Source: Candidatus Ruthenibacterium avium
GTDB lineage: Bacteria; Bacillota; Clostridia; Oscillospirales; Ruminococcaceae
NCBI GenBank assembly: GCA_019118905.1
Contig: DWYA01000077.1
Span: forward strand, 4,956-68,955
Direction of reading: 5' to 3'
DNA length: 64,000 bases
In this document: positions 36,814 to 47,480 of the stretch, in pieces
Layout: each line of letters begins with the position of its first letter
Position numbering within the stretch: position 1 is the first letter of the stretch
Program-made: the position numbers and the translations under genes
Notes under the pieces: generated by a model
What the model was told of the DNA's origin: nothing
The model's input: only the letters and a program-made list of their open reading frames with translations
The model's database searches: none

Positions 36814-38091
36814 TTGAACATCAAAAAAGGACGATTGATTTTCGTGCTGTGCATCGGGTGCCTTTTGATGCTGACCGCCTGCGGCGGCGTTTCTTTAACC
36901 GGGCAAAATGTGGAGGAGCTTTTGCGTGCGCCGCAGCTGAGCACCATGCAGAATGCCGTCCAAACGGCGCTGAACCACTATTTGGGGGAAACGCTGCAGC
37001 TGAAATATCCGCGCGGGGGTGAGGAAATGGCCCCGTTTTTGTTTGAGGATTTTGACGGCGACGGCGCGCAGGAGGCGGCTGTGCTGTACACGACGGAGGC
37101 CGGCGCCAAGACGGTGAATATTGCTGTTTTGGAGCAAGACGGCAGCGATTGGCTTGTGGCGTATAACTTGCCGGGTTTAGGCGCTGAAGTGGCGCAGGCG
37201 CAGGTGGTGACGTTAACAGAGGGTGGAAAGCAGCTTGTCATCGGTTATGCCAACGCCAATTTAACCGAAAAATATTTGGTGGCCTACGGCTATGCAGACG
37301 ACCAGCTGCATGTGATGACAACGCAGGCTTACGATGCCTACACTGCGCAGGATTTGTTTGACACCGGCCTTCAGCAGCTGCTGTTGGTGCCGCCGGCAAC
37401 ACAGCCCGGTGCGCTGAGTATGCAGGTGTATGACGGCAGCAGCGGCGAGGTAACGCTGCGGCAAACGCTGCTTTTGGATGAAAGACTGACGCGATGCACC
37501 GCTTTAGACGCCACGCAGTCCGGCCAGCGGCGAGGGATTGTCGTAAGCGCAGAGCTGAGCGCGGGCGGAACGGCCAATCAGGTGGTGTGCGCCGATGATG
37601 GTGCGCTGGTGCTTTGGCCGAAAGACCACCCGGAAGATGTGGTGCAAGCCTCGTCCCGCACCGACGAAGCGCTCACGGTGCGCGATTTGTGGCAGCGCGG
37701 CACACTGTATATTCCCTGCTTGCCCGGAAGCTTTTCTACGCAAAGTACCTCTCAGCGTTATTATGCAGTGGAGTGGCGCGATTATCTTTCCGACGGCAGC
37801 ACCGGGCAGTTTGGGATCTTTGACAGCACATCCGGCGTTTATGTGCGTGTTCCGCTGTATTGGAAGGGTGAAATTCAGCTTGAAGATGGTTTGGAAGAAA
37901 ACGTGTGGCGTATTTGTCAAAAGAGCACCGGCGAAACCTTAGTGGTTTTGCGCATTGGAACAAACGAAACGCCGCTTGGCGCCTATCAGATGCTGCGCAC
38001 AAAGGGCAGTGTTGCTGTTATGGCTTTATTCGGGGAAGGCTGCACTCCGTCGGAACGCAGCATCCTTCAAACCGGGATTCAATTCTTTTAA
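36814..38091 (+). CDS. Hypothetical lipoprotein with a DxDGDG (FG-GAP-like) motif
   Basis: TTG 36814 follows a GGAGG RBS; lipobox LTAC; FEDFDGDGAQE. Confidence 0.7.
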   Translation: MNIKKGRLIFVLCIGCLLMLTACGGVSLTGQNVEELLRAPQLSTMQNAVQTALNHYLGETLQLKYPRGGEEMAPFLFEDFDGDGAQEAAVLYTTEAGAKTVNIAVLEQDGSDWLVAYNLPGLGAEVAQAQVVTLTEGGKQLVIGYANANLTEKYLVAYGYADDQLHVMTTQAYDAYTAQDLFDTGLQQLLLVPPATQPGALSMQVYDGSSGEVTLRQTLLLDERLTRCTALDATQSGQRRGIVVSAELSAGGTANQVVCADDGALVLWPKDHPEDVVQASSRTDEALTVRDLWQRGTLYIPCLPGSFSTQSTSQRYYAVEWRDYLSDGSTGQFGIFDSTSGVYVRVPLYWKGEIQLEDGLEENVWRICQKSTGETLVVLRIGTNETPLGAYQMLRTKGSVAVMALFGEGCTPSERSILQTGIQFF

Positions 38092-38186
38092 CGCTTGTTT
38101 TTCAGCGGCTTGCTGCGAAAGTAAGCTGTAATGGGAATCGCCGCGGGCTGCGGCGGATACAATGAACAGCAAAGGAGAAGCAAATC

Positions 38187-38879
38187 ATGCAAAAGATATT
38201 GGTCGTTGAGGACGAGGAATCGATCCGCGAGGTATTGGTGCTCAATTTGCGCATGGCAGGCTATGAAGTGGCGGAAGCCGGCAGCGCGGAATCTGCCTTG
38301 AGCTTGTTTGAGTCGGGTGCCGTGTTTGACGCTGCGATTTTGGATATTATGCTTCCCGGCATGAACGGGTTTTCCCTTTGCGAAACCATCCGGCGGGAAC
38401 ATGCTGATATTGGTATTATCATGCTGAGTGCTAAGGCGATGGAGGCCGACAAAATTAAGGGCCTTTCCATTGGTGCAGACGATTATATGACAAAGCCGTT
38501 CAGCGTCAGCGAGCTTTTGGCGCGCGTAGAGGCGCTGGTGCGCCGTGTTGCGCGTGTGAGCAATGAGCGGCAGGAGGATGGACGCATTGTCAGCGGTAAC
38601 TTTGTGCTGGACGAAAAAAGCCGTGTGCTGTATAAAAACGGTGTCCCCATTGATTTGACCCAAGTGGAGTTTCAAATTATGGAGCTGTTTTTCGCCAACC
38701 CCGGCGTCGCGCTGGTGCGCGAGAAAATTTTGGAGGGCGTTTGGGGCGAAAACTACTATGGCGATGTGAAAATTGTGGATGTGAACATCCGCCGTCTTCG
38801 CATGAAAGTGGAGGACGAGCCGTCCAGCCCCAAGCATATTCTGACCGTGTGGGGTTACGGTTACCGCTGGAACGCATAA
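38187..38879 (+). CDS. OmpR-family response regulator
   Basis: LVVEDE, LDIMLPG, GADDYMTKPF and winged helix ILTVWGYGY. Confidence 0.95.
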   Translation: MQKILVVEDEESIREVLVLNLRMAGYEVAEAGSAESALSLFESGAVFDAAILDIMLPGMNGFSLCETIRREHADIGIIMLSAKAMEADKIKGLSIGADDYMTKPFSVSELLARVEALVRRVARVSNERQEDGRIVSGNFVLDEKSRVLYKNGVPIDLTQVEFQIMELFFANPGVALVREKILEGVWGENYYGDVKIVDVNIRRLRMKVEDEPSSPKHILTVWGYGYRWNA

Positions 38880-38921
38880 CATTGCCCCGGCAAACGCAAA
38901 ACAGGCAAAGGAGGCCGCGCA

Positions 38922-40355
38922 TTGGATAGCATTACACGCCGCTGGGTGCGCGGCAGCTTATTGATTACCGTTTTGGTTTTGGTGTTTGCCGAGGCCATGT
39001 TTTTGTATTTTTCCATCAGCGGCTATTATGAAGGCGCGGCGCGCACTTTGCGCAGCCGCATTGACACGCTGATCACCCAGCTTTCCGTCAACGACGCTTC
39101 TACACCGCAAAGCCGTGAGCTGGTGCTGCGCCGTATGGTGGAGCAGTTTGCCGAGAAAGATAAGTTTGAGCTGATGCTGATTGACACGCAGGGACGCATC
39201 TCGGTGTCTACCGCGGGCTTTGCCGCCGATAAGGACACCCGCGCCGAGGATTTTGCACAGGCGCTGTTTGACAAGGAAGGCATCGGCCAGTCGATTTACC
39301 GTACTTCCAGCGGCGAGCGCGTGATGGCCATGAGCGCTATTTTGCCCTTTGCCTGCGGCGAAATTTTGTCGGTGCGGCTGGTGACCAGCATGGCGCTGAT
39401 TGATAAAACGCTTTTTTCCATGATTGCCGTCAGCCTTTTGGTGGCGGCGGCTGTGCTGGGCTTTACCCTGTGGTCGGGCCTGTTTTTTATTCGCAGTATT
39501 GTGCGCCCCATCGGCGTGATTGAGGCCAACGCGGCACGCATTGCCCGCGGCAATTTGGACGTGCGCATTGACAACAAATATGATGACGAGGTGGGCAAGC
39601 TGGCGAACGCCATCAACCGCATGGCGGGAGATTTGGAAAAGACCGAGCGCATGAAAAACGAATTTATTTCCTCGGTTTCGCACGAGCTGCGCACCCCGCT
39701 GACTTCCATTAAAGGCTGGGTGGAAACCATCCGCAGCACCAAAGACACGAGCGACCCCATTTTTCAGCGCGGTTTGCAGGTGATTGCCGGCGAAACTGAC
39801 CGTTTATATGAAATGGTGGAGGAGCTGCTGGACTTTTCCCGGATGCAAAGCGGGTTGGTTTTGAAGTGTCAAAAGCTGGATTTAGCCGCCGAGGTGAGCG
39901 ACGCGGTATTGGTGGTAGAGCAGCGCGCCGGTTTGGAGGGCGTTGCTTTGTCTTGGGAAGAACCGGCGGAGCCCGTTGTGGTCAGCGCCGACCCCGGACG
40001 GCTGCGGCAGGTGTTCGTGAATCTTTTGGATAACGCTTTAAAATACTCCGGCAAAGGCACTACCATTCGTTTGGAAATGCTGGAGGACGGCAGAAGCGTC
40101 TATGTGAATATCACAGATGAAGGCCCCGGCATTGCGCCCGAGGACTTGGAGCATGTGAAGATGAAATTTTACAAAGGCAAGGGGGCGGTGCGCGGAAGCG
40201 GCATCGGCCTTGCTGTGGTAGATGAAATTGTGCGCGCGCACGGGGGAACGTTTGATATTCAAAGTGAGCAGGGCAAAGGAACCACCGTGACGGTGCGTTT
40301 GCCGCTGGAAGGACGCGCACAAATTGCAAACGATGAAAGGACAAAACAAGTATGA
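38922..40355 (+). CDS. Sensor histidine kinase (HAMP, HisKA, HATPase)
   Basis: SSVSHELRTPLTSI, QVFVNLLDNA.KY, DEGPGI and GSGIGL motifs. Confidence 0.95.
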   Translation: MDSITRRWVRGSLLITVLVLVFAEAMFLYFSISGYYEGAARTLRSRIDTLITQLSVNDASTPQSRELVLRRMVEQFAEKDKFELMLIDTQGRISVSTAGFAADKDTRAEDFAQALFDKEGIGQSIYRTSSGERVMAMSAILPFACGEILSVRLVTSMALIDKTLFSMIAVSLLVAAAVLGFTLWSGLFFIRSIVRPIGVIEANAARIARGNLDVRIDNKYDDEVGKLANAINRMAGDLEKTERMKNEFISSVSHELRTPLTSIKGWVETIRSTKDTSDPIFQRGLQVIAGETDRLYEMVEELLDFSRMQSGLVLKCQKLDLAAEVSDAVLVVEQRAGLEGVALSWEEPAEPVVVSADPGRLRQVFVNLLDNALKYSGKGTTIRLEMLEDGRSVYVNITDEGPGIAPEDLEHVKMKFYKGKGAVRGSGIGLAVVDEIVRAHGGTFDIQSEQGKGTTVTVRLPLEGRAQIANDERTKQV

Positions 40356-41299
40356 AGCAGCGTTCGGGCGGCAATGCCGCCTTTAAAACAACCGTTGGCG
40401 GTCAAGCGCTGATGGAAGGTGTGATGATGCGCGGGCCGCACAAAATTGCTTATGCCGTGCGAAGCCCCGAGGGAAAAATTGTGACAGAGGTGGAGCCGGT
40501 AAAAAAGTATGCCTGGCAGAAAATTCCCTTTGTACGCGGCGTGGGAAGCTTTATCGAAAGCATGGTGAACGGCTATCGCTATTTGATGAAAAGCGCCGAT
40601 ATTGCTATGACGGAAGAAGAAAAGCAGGAGGAACAGCCCTCGCGCTTCGAGCTTTGGATGGAAAAGCATTTGGGCGAAAAAGGCTTTCAGGTTTTGATGA
40701 CGCTTTCCTCCGTGCTCGGCGCCGTGATTGCCATTGTGCTGTTTATGGTGGTGCCGACGTTCCTTGTCGGGCTTTTGAACAAGGTGGTAGACCTCGGCGG
40801 TTGGAAAACGCTGTTGGAAGGCATTGTGAAAATTGCGCTTTTGGTGGGATACATGGCGGCGGTCAGCCTTGTGCCGGACATTGCCCGCATGTTCCGCTAT
40901 CACGGCGCAGAACATAAAACGATTGCATGCTATGAACACGATTTGGAACTGACGGTGGAAAACGTGCGCCAGTGCAGCCGATTTCATCCCCGCTGCGGCA
41001 CCAGCTTTATTTTAATTATTTTGGTGGTTTCGGTGCTGCTGTTCAGCGTCATTCCCTGGTCAAGCCTGGGCTTGCGCATTGTGTATAAGATTTTGCTGCT
41101 GCCTGTCGTGATGGGCGTCAGCTACGAAATTTTAAAAATCTGCGGCAGATATGATAACCTTGTCACAAGGGCCATTTCTGCGCCCGGCCTGTGGCTCCAG
41201 CGCATTACGACGAAAGAGCCGGATGACAGCATGATTGAATGTGCGATTGCCGCTGTTAAGCCCGTTTTGCCCGAAGACAGACGCGAGGGCGAATGGTGA
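40352..41299 (+). CDS. DUF1385 family membrane protein
   Basis: VGGQALMEGVMMRGP, FRYHGAEHK, HPRCGTSF and LQRITTKEPD motifs. Confidence 0.88.
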   Translation: MKQRSGGNAAFKTTVGGQALMEGVMMRGPHKIAYAVRSPEGKIVTEVEPVKKYAWQKIPFVRGVGSFIESMVNGYRYLMKSADIAMTEEEKQEEQPSRFELWMEKHLGEKGFQVLMTLSSVLGAVIAIVLFMVVPTFLVGLLNKVVDLGGWKTLLEGIVKIALLVGYMAAVSLVPDIARMFRYHGAEHKTIACYEHDLELTVENVRQCSRFHPRCGTSFILIILVVSVLLFSVIPWSSLGLRIVYKILLLPVVMGVSYEILKICGRYDNLVTRAISAPGLWLQRITTKEPDDSMIECAIAAVKPVLPEDRREGEW

Positions 41300-42153
41300 C
41301 GGCGCGTGAACACGCCGCCCGTCTGCGTGCGGCGCTGGAACAGGCGGGGCTGGAAGATGCCGCGTTTGAAGCCGTTCAGCTGCTGGAAATTGTAGGGATA
41401 TCCGCCCGGCGCACGCCGGATGCGGTGCTTTCGCCGCGCCAAAGCGAACAGCTGGATCATTTGCTGGAACAGCGCCTTCGCCGCGTCCCCTTGCAGTATT
41501 TGGCAGGAGAATGGGACTTTTGGGATTTTACCGTTTGTGTTGGGGAAGGGGTGCTGATCCCGCGCCCGGATACCGAGCTGTGCGCGATGCTCACCGTAGA
41601 GAAAGCAGCTGCGGCGGGTGAAAACGCCTGTGTGCTCGATTTGTGCAGCGGAAGCGGTATCATTGCGCTGGCGGCGGCACTTCACTGCCAGAAAGCGAAG
41701 GTGACGGCTGTCGAGCTTTCCGACGCGGCGCTTCCTTACTTGCGGCGCAATAACGAGCGCCACGGCGAACGCTGCACCATTGTGCAGGCCGATGTGCTGG
41801 CGTGGCACGAAACGCAGCCGTCGGCGGCGTGGGATGTGATTGCCTCAAACCCGCCTTATGTAACGGAAGAAGAATATCAAGCGCTGGAACCGGAGCTGTT
41901 TTATGAGCCGAAAATGGCGCTGACTGCCCCCGAACAGGGGCTTGCCTTTTACCGGCGCATCATTCCGGCCTATCATCGCCTGTTAAAGCCGGGCGGCTGG
42001 ATGGTGCTGGAAATTGGCGAAACACAAGCGCCGGACGTTTGCGCCTTTTATGAGCAGGCGGGTTATGAGGATGTGCAGGTGCATCGGGATTTGGCTGGGC
42101 TGCCGCGTGTGGTGATGGCGCAAAAGCCGTCAACCGGCCACAGAACAGTATAG
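41293..42153 (+). CDS. prmC: Release factor glutamine methyltransferase
   Basis: PLQYLAG, VLIPRPDTE, LDLCSGSG and NPPY motifs. Confidence 0.93.
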   Translation: MVTAREHAARLRAALEQAGLEDAAFEAVQLLEIVGISARRTPDAVLSPRQSEQLDHLLEQRLRRVPLQYLAGEWDFWDFTVCVGEGVLIPRPDTELCAMLTVEKAAAAGENACVLDLCSGSGIIALAAALHCQKAKVTAVELSDAALPYLRRNNERHGERCTIVQADVLAWHETQPSAAWDVIASNPPYVTEEEYQALEPELFYEPKMALTAPEQGLAFYRRIIPAYHRLLKPGGWMVLEIGETQAPDVCAFYEQAGYEDVQVHRDLAGLPRVVMAQKPSTGHRTV

Positions 42154-42278
42154 GAAAAATTTTTTTTGAAAAATTTTATTGAAGGTGTTTTTATCGGACA
42201 TCTGATTCGGTACAATAGAAGTAAGAGAGCAAACATTTGTGCTTTGCTGATCAAGCAACAAACAGGAGGAACACAACT

Positions 42279-43466
42279 ATGGCTGAAAAGAAGCCCTTGC
42301 CGCCCGTAGAAAAGAAAGCGGGAAATGAAAAGAAAAATGCATTGGAAACCGCGCTTTCGCAAATTGAAAAGCAATTCGGAAAAGGCGCTGTGATGAAGCT
42401 GGGGCAAAACGTGACCATGCAGGTGGACGCCATCAGCACGGGCAGCCTGTCGCTGGACTTGGCGCTGGGCATCGGCGGCTTGCCGCGCGGCCGTGTGGTA
42501 GAGGTGTACGGCCCGGAATCTTCCGGTAAAACCACCTTGGCGCTGCACTGCATTGCCCAGGCGCAGAAAAACGGCGGCGAGGTTGCGTTTATCGATGTAG
42601 AACACGCGCTCGACCCCGTGTATGCCAAAGCGCTGGGCGTGGACATCGACTCTTTGCTGGTCAGCCAGCCGGATACCGGCGAGCAGGCGCTGGAAATTTG
42701 TGAAGCGCTGGTGCGTTCGGGCGCCATTGACGCCATCGTTATCGACTCCGTTGCCGCTATGGTTCCCCGCGCCGAAATTGAGGGCGAAATGGGCGATTCT
42801 CACGTCGGTTTGCAGGCGCGTTTGATGAGCCAGGCGCTCCGCAAGCTGACCAGCATCATCGGCAAAACCGGAACCGTTGCCATTTTCATCAACCAGCTGC
42901 GTGAAAAAGTGGGCGTGGTATATGGCAACCCCGAAGTAACCACGGGTGGCCGTGCTTTGAAGTATTACTCCTCTGTGCGCATTGATGTGCGCCGCGTGGA
43001 GGGTCTCAAGGATTCCAGTGGTGCATTTATCGGCAACCGCACCCGCGCCAAAGTGGTGAAAAACAAGGTGGCTCCCCCGTTTAAGGAAGCGGAATTTGAC
43101 ATCATGTTCGGTCAAGGCATTTCCAAGACAGGCGAGCTGGTGGATTTGGCGGTTAAGCTTGGCTTTATTCAAAAGAGCGGCGCGTGGTTCAGCTACGGTG
43201 AAACGCGCTTGGGTCAAGGCCGCGACAACACCAAGAATTATTTAGACGAGCATCCCGAGTTGTTTGCCGAGATTGAAACCTTGGTGCGTGAAAATGCCGA
43301 TAAGCTGTATGCCGGAAAGCCCAAGGCAAGCGGTAAGAAGGCCGCCAGCTTGGACGATGCCCCCGCAAAAACAGAACAGGCCGCCCCGGCAGAACCGGAA
43401 AAACCGGCGGAAAAGCCCGCCCGTGCACCCAAAGCCAACATTGATATTATGGTGGAGGATGAATGA
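42279..43466 (+). CDS. recA: Recombinase RecA with a Pro/Ala/Lys-rich C-terminal tail
   Basis: [20 protein letters not shown] and [11 protein letters not shown] motifs; ATG 42279 follows a GGAGG RBS. Confidence 0.98.
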   Translation: MAEKKPLPPVEKKAGNEKKNALETALSQIEKQFGKGAVMKLGQNVTMQVDAISTGSLSLDLALGIGGLPRGRVVEVYGPESSGKTTLALHCIAQAQKNGGEVAFIDVEHALDPVYAKALGVDIDSLLVSQPDTGEQALEICEALVRSGAIDAIVIDSVAAMVPRAEIEGEMGDSHVGLQARLMSQALRKLTSIIGKTGTVAIFINQLREKVGVVYGNPEVTTGGRALKYYSSVRIDVRRVEGLKDSSGAFIGNRTRAKVVKNKVAPPFKEAEFDIMFGQGISKTGELVDLAVKLGFIQKSGAWFSYGETRLGQGRDNTKNYLDEHPELFAEIETLVRENADKLYAGKPKASGKKAASLDDAPAKTEQAAPAEPEKPAEKPARAPKANIDIMVEDE

Positions 43467-44098
43467 GAATTTCCAAAATCACGCAGACGCGCCGAGGGCG
43501 CTTTGCGCTGTTTGATGAAAACGAGGAATTTCTCTTTTCCGTGGATGGGGAGACGCTGGTGCGTCACCATTTGGAAGAAGGAACGCTGCTGGAGCCTTAC
43601 CAGCTGAAAGAGGTTTTTTCCCAAAGTGAAACGCGCCGCGCCAAAGATCAGGCGCTGCGCTGGCTTTCCCTGCGCGCTTATGCATCGGGAGAGCTGTATG
43701 ACAAGCTGTGCCAAAAGTTTGACGAGCATTCTGCGGCGGCCGCCGTGGCGGAGATGAACCGGCTGGAGCTGCTCGATGACGAAGCCTATGCTGAACGGCG
43801 TGCTGCCTATCTTTGTCAAAAAGGAAAGTCGGCGCGTGAAATTGCCGCCGATTTGAGCCGCAAAGGGCTGCGCCGTGAGCTGATTCAGCAAGTGATGGAC
43901 GAGCTTGCGCCCGACGAAGGCGAACAGTGCTACCGTTTGGTGTGCAAAAGCTATTGGTCAAAGCTGCTCGCAGGACAAACCGACAAGGTCATGGCGGCTT
44001 TGGCAAGGCGCGGCTTTTCCTACGGGGAAGCAAGGCGTGCGGTGGAGCGCGCGCTGGAGGAGCAGAATCTCGACTGCGATGTTTTGGACGATGAATGA
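43463..44098 (+). CDS. recX: Regulatory protein RecX
   Basis: Coupled to recA; [24 protein letters not shown] and L.RRGFS motifs. Confidence 0.9.
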   Translation: MRISKITQTRRGRFALFDENEEFLFSVDGETLVRHHLEEGTLLEPYQLKEVFSQSETRRAKDQALRWLSLRAYASGELYDKLCQKFDEHSAAAAVAEMNRLELLDDEAYAERRAAYLCQKGKSAREIAADLSRKGLRRELIQQVMDELAPDEGEQCYRLVCKSYWSKLLAGQTDKVMAALARRGFSYGEARRAVERALEEQNLDCDVLDDE

Positions 44099-44112
44099 AA
44101 AGGAGCAAAACG

Positions 44113-45447
44113 ATGAAAATTGCCATTATTTCTTTGGGATGCCCCAAAAACCAAGCGGATGCCGATGTGATGGCGCATTCGCTGTTGGCGGCTGGGCACA
44201 CCACCACACCGGAGCTTTCCGAAGCCGACTGCATCATGGTGAACACCTGCGGCTTCATTGAAAGCGCCAAGCAGGAGGCCATTGAAAACATTTTAAAGGC
44301 GTGTGCCGGGAAAGAGGAAAACCCCAACTTGAAAGTGGTGGTAACGGGCTGTCTTGCCGAGCGCTACCGCCATGAAATTGTCACGGAAATCCCCGAAGTA
44401 GATGCTGTGGTGGGTATGGCATCCAACCAAAACATTGTAGATATCATCGAGCAGACTGTGCGCGGCAGTGAACAGCCCGTGGAGGCGTACGGCGCAAAAG
44501 AGGATTATGCCTTGGGCGGTGCGCGTGTGATTTCCACGCCGTCCCACTATGCCTATTTGAAAATTGCCGAAGGCTGCAACAATCGCTGCACCTACTGCGC
44601 CATTCCGCTGATTCGCGGCAATCTGCGCAGCCGCACCGTAGAGGATGTGGTAAAGGAAGCCGAGTTTTTGGCGCAGCAGGGTGTGAAGGAAATCATTTTG
44701 GTGGCGCAGGACTTGACGGCGTTTGGCCAAGACCGCGGCGCGGTGGAAATTGCGCCTTTGCTGGATGCACTCAACGCGGTAGAAGGCATTGAGTGGATTC
44801 GTCTGCTGTACGCTTATCCCGAGCGCATTACCGACGAGTTTATCGCGGCAATGGTGCGCAATGAAAAAGTGCTGCATTATTTGGATGTCCCCATCCAGCA
44901 CATTGACAGCGACGTGCTGCGCGCCATGAACCGCAAGGGCGACGAGCAAACCGTGCGCAGTGCGCTGGCTCGTTTGCGCAAGGCGATGCCTGACATCACC
45001 CTGCGCACGACGCTGATTGCGGGCTTCCCTGGCGAAACGGAACAGCAGTTTGAAAAACTGTGTGCCTTTGTGCGCGAGGAGCGCTTTGACCGTCTGGGCT
45101 GTTTTGCTTACAGCGAGGAGGAAGGTACACCGGCGGCGCAGATGGAGCAAATGCCTATGGAGGTGCGCGAGCAGCGCGCCGAGGCCGTCATGCGTGCACA
45201 GGCCGATGTAATGAACGAGCTGCAAGCGGCAAAAGTGGGCAGTGTGATGCAGGTGATTTGCGACGGCTACGACGATGAAAATGACCTGTATTTGTGCCGC
45301 AGCCGTGGGGATGCACCGGAAATTGATTCTGAGGTTTGCGTGGCAAGCGAGGAACCGCTTTATCCGGGTAATTTCTATACGGTTTGTATTAAAGATAGCG
45401 ATGTTTACGATTTGTACGGAGAATTGACAGAGGAGGCGCAGGCATGA
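44113..45447 (+). CDS. rimO: Ribosomal protein S12 methylthiotransferase
   Basis: SLGCPKN, NTCGFIESAKQE, KIAEGCNNRCTYCAIP and C-terminal TRAM APEIDS. Confidence 0.95.
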   Translation: MKIAIISLGCPKNQADADVMAHSLLAAGHTTTPELSEADCIMVNTCGFIESAKQEAIENILKACAGKEENPNLKVVVTGCLAERYRHEIVTEIPEVDAVVGMASNQNIVDIIEQTVRGSEQPVEAYGAKEDYALGGARVISTPSHYAYLKIAEGCNNRCTYCAIPLIRGNLRSRTVEDVVKEAEFLAQQGVKEIILVAQDLTAFGQDRGAVEIAPLLDALNAVEGIEWIRLLYAYPERITDEFIAAMVRNEKVLHYLDVPIQHIDSDVLRAMNRKGDEQTVRSALARLRKAMPDITLRTTLIAGFPGETEQQFEKLCAFVREERFDRLGCFAYSEEEGTPAAQMEQMPMEVREQRAEAVMRAQADVMNELQAAKVGSVMQVICDGYDDENDLYLCRSRGDAPEIDSEVCVASEEPLYPGNFYTVCIKDSDVYDLYGELTEEAQA

Positions 45448-46013
45448 ATCTTCCCAATAAATTGACAATGCTGCGCATTTTGCTGGTGCCGGTGTTTATG
45501 GTGCTGGCGGCGTATCACTGGATGCTGGCGGCTGGCGTGGTGTTTGCGCTGGCGAGCATTACCGACTTTTTGGACGGCGCCATTGCGCGCAAGTACCACT
45601 TAGTCACGGATTTCGGCAAATTTGCCGACCCGCTGGCCGATAAATTGCTGACGACAACGGCGTTTATTTACATGATTGTGGACGGCGTGTGCAGCCCTGT
45701 GGTTGTGGTGATTATTTTGGCGCGTGAATTTGCCGTTTCGGGCCTGCGCATGATTGCCGCCGGAGCGCCGGACGGAAAAGTCATTGCCGCCAACTGGTGG
45801 GGCAAGGTGAAAACCGTGCTGCAAATGCTGACGATTATTTTTTATTACTTCGCCGTCCCCATCGAGCAGATGACCGCCGGTGCGCCGGCACAAAGCGCCT
45901 TGCTGACGCAAACGGTTACTTATGTGCTGTGCTGGCTGGTGGCGGCTGTGACGCTCTTTTCCGGTGTGAAATACCTTTGGGATAACCGAACCTTTATCAA
46001 TACGGCGAAATAA
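45444..46013 (+). CDS. pgsA: CDP-diacylglycerol--glycerol-3-phosphate 3-phosphatidyltransferase
   Basis: MNLPNKLT.LR and TDFLDG.IARK...VTDFGKFADPLADK motifs. Confidence 0.95.
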   Translation: MNLPNKLTMLRILLVPVFMVLAAYHWMLAAGVVFALASITDFLDGAIARKYHLVTDFGKFADPLADKLLTTTAFIYMIVDGVCSPVVVVIILAREFAVSGLRMIAAGAPDGKVIAANWWGKVKTVLQMLTIIFYYFAVPIEQMTAGAPAQSALLTQTVTYVLCWLVAAVTLFSGVKYLWDNRTFINTAK

Positions 46014-46026
46014 AGCCTTGCAAAAT

Positions 46027-46084
46027 AAAACGCCCGCTGTTTCGTCTCAGTTTTGTCAACTGGGAAGAAACGGCGGGCGTTTTT
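46027..46084. terminator. Bidirectional terminator
   Basis: aaaacgcccgctgtttc/gaaacggcgggcgtttt between convergent genes. Confidence 0.75.
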
Positions 46085-46496
46085 ATGATGGTGTGCCGGT
46101 TTGCGTAGGCGTAGAATCCCGGCCGACAAGAAGGAATTTTTGCAGATAGCGAAGTGAAAAAAAGATGGGCAGACACAGCAAAAACCAGTAAAAACTAAAC
46201 AGCGGACAAATTTGCCCCCACAAATTCAAGGGGTAGGCGTAATAATCCCATACATTCCAGCCCAAAATGTGGTTGACGACAATGCCAACGCAAAGCTCAG
46301 CAGCTGTAATGACTGCCGCGCCCAGCAAGGCTTGCGCCCCGATGCGCCAGCCGGGAAAGCGTCGGGAAATGTGGCACAGCACCATCAAACACAGCCCTCC
46401 GAGCAGGGTCATGCTCCAGTGCGTATACCCCCGAACCAAAATTTCGATGAAGCTGTATCCGGCCGCCCCAATACAAAATTGAAATGAATATTTCAT
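46083..46496 (-). CDS. Small membrane protein, 'putative ABC transporter permease' (CmpB/DUF1113-like)
   Basis: IE...RG.THWSM...GG, ELC.G..VN..LGWNVWDY...P.N..GQIC motifs. Confidence 0.75.
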   Translation of the reverse strand: MKYSFQFCIGAAGYSFIEILVRGYTHWSMTLLGGLCLMVLCHISRRFPGWRIGAQALLGAAVITAAELCVGIVVNHILGWNVWDYYAYPLNLWGQICPLFSFYWFLLCLPIFFSLRYLQKFLLVGRDSTPTQTGTPS

Positions 46497-46539
46497 GCAA
46501 ATCACCCGACATTAGTATGAACGGGAAAAGACGTATTTA

Positions 46540-46568
46540 TTTACAAAAAAGTGTCAGTATGGTATAAT
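46540..46568 (+). promoter_or_regulatory. SigA promoter for the GT2-rml operon
   Basis: TTTACA, 17 bp, TATAAT, with extended TG. Confidence 0.7.
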
Positions 46569-46598
46569 CAAGGGAAATATGGGAGAAGGAGAATCGTT

Positions 46599-47375
46599 GT
46601 GGAGAAAACACCGGTTACGGCGGGAATCGTCACTTACAATGGGTACGAGGAGGCGGTGCAGGCGGCGCGCAGTGTTTTGCAGCACACGAAAGGTGTGGAT
46701 CTGCACCTGTTTTTAATCGACAATCATTCTCCCGATGGAACAGGCGAGCGTTTGCGCAATACGGACTTTGGCGAACATGCAACGGTGCTTTGCCTGGAGA
46801 AAAATATCGGCTTCGGCAGTGGACACAATCAAGTGCTGCCGCATTTGAACAGCCGGTATCATGCCGTCATCAATCCTGATATTGAATTAACCGAGGACAG
46901 CATTACCGCGCTTTGCGCGTGGATGGACGAGCATCCCGATGTGGTGATGGCAACGCCGCGTCTGCGCTTTCCCAGCGGGCAGGAGCAGTTTACCGCAAAA
47001 CGCCGCCCCACCTTTGCGGCGCTTTTGGCGCGTCAGGTTCCGCTGCCCTTTTTAAAAAAGGTGGAGCGTCACTATTTGATGCTGGACGAGGATTTATCCG
47101 TCCCGCGCGAAATTGACTTTTGCACGGGATGCTTTTTTGTCATGCGCAGCGATGTGTATGAAAAGATTGGCGGTTTTGACGAGGAATACTTCATGTATGT
47201 GGAGGATGCCGACATCACGCGCAAGGCGCAGGCCTACGGGAAAGTGATGTATGTGCCTGTCACCACGGTGACGCACGCTTGGCACCGCGATGCAAACCGC
47301 AAATGGAAAAACTTTTGGATGCAGGTGCATTCCATGTTCCGTTACTGGAAAAAATGGGGCTTTCGGCTGTTCTAA
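46599..47375 (+). CDS. Family 2 glycosyltransferase (WbbL-like, putative rhamnosyltransferase)
   Basis: IVTYN, IDNHS.D, N.GFG.GHN, INPD, TGCFF, GGFDE.YFMY.EDAD; upstream of the rml genes. Confidence 0.85.
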   Translation: MEKTPVTAGIVTYNGYEEAVQAARSVLQHTKGVDLHLFLIDNHSPDGTGERLRNTDFGEHATVLCLEKNIGFGSGHNQVLPHLNSRYHAVINPDIELTEDSITALCAWMDEHPDVVMATPRLRFPSGQEQFTAKRRPTFAALLARQVPLPFLKKVERHYLMLDEDLSVPREIDFCTGCFFVMRSDVYEKIGGFDEEYFMYVEDADITRKAQAYGKVMYVPVTTVTHAWHRDANRKWKNFWMQVHSMFRYWKKWGFRLF

Positions 47376-47480
47376 AAGCGGCGTTTTTGGCCGGATACAG
47401 CGCGAAAAGCATTTTTTGATATGGTAAGTGTGTGGGCGGTACTTAGCCCGTTGAAATATATTCGTATAAGGAGTTTTGAC

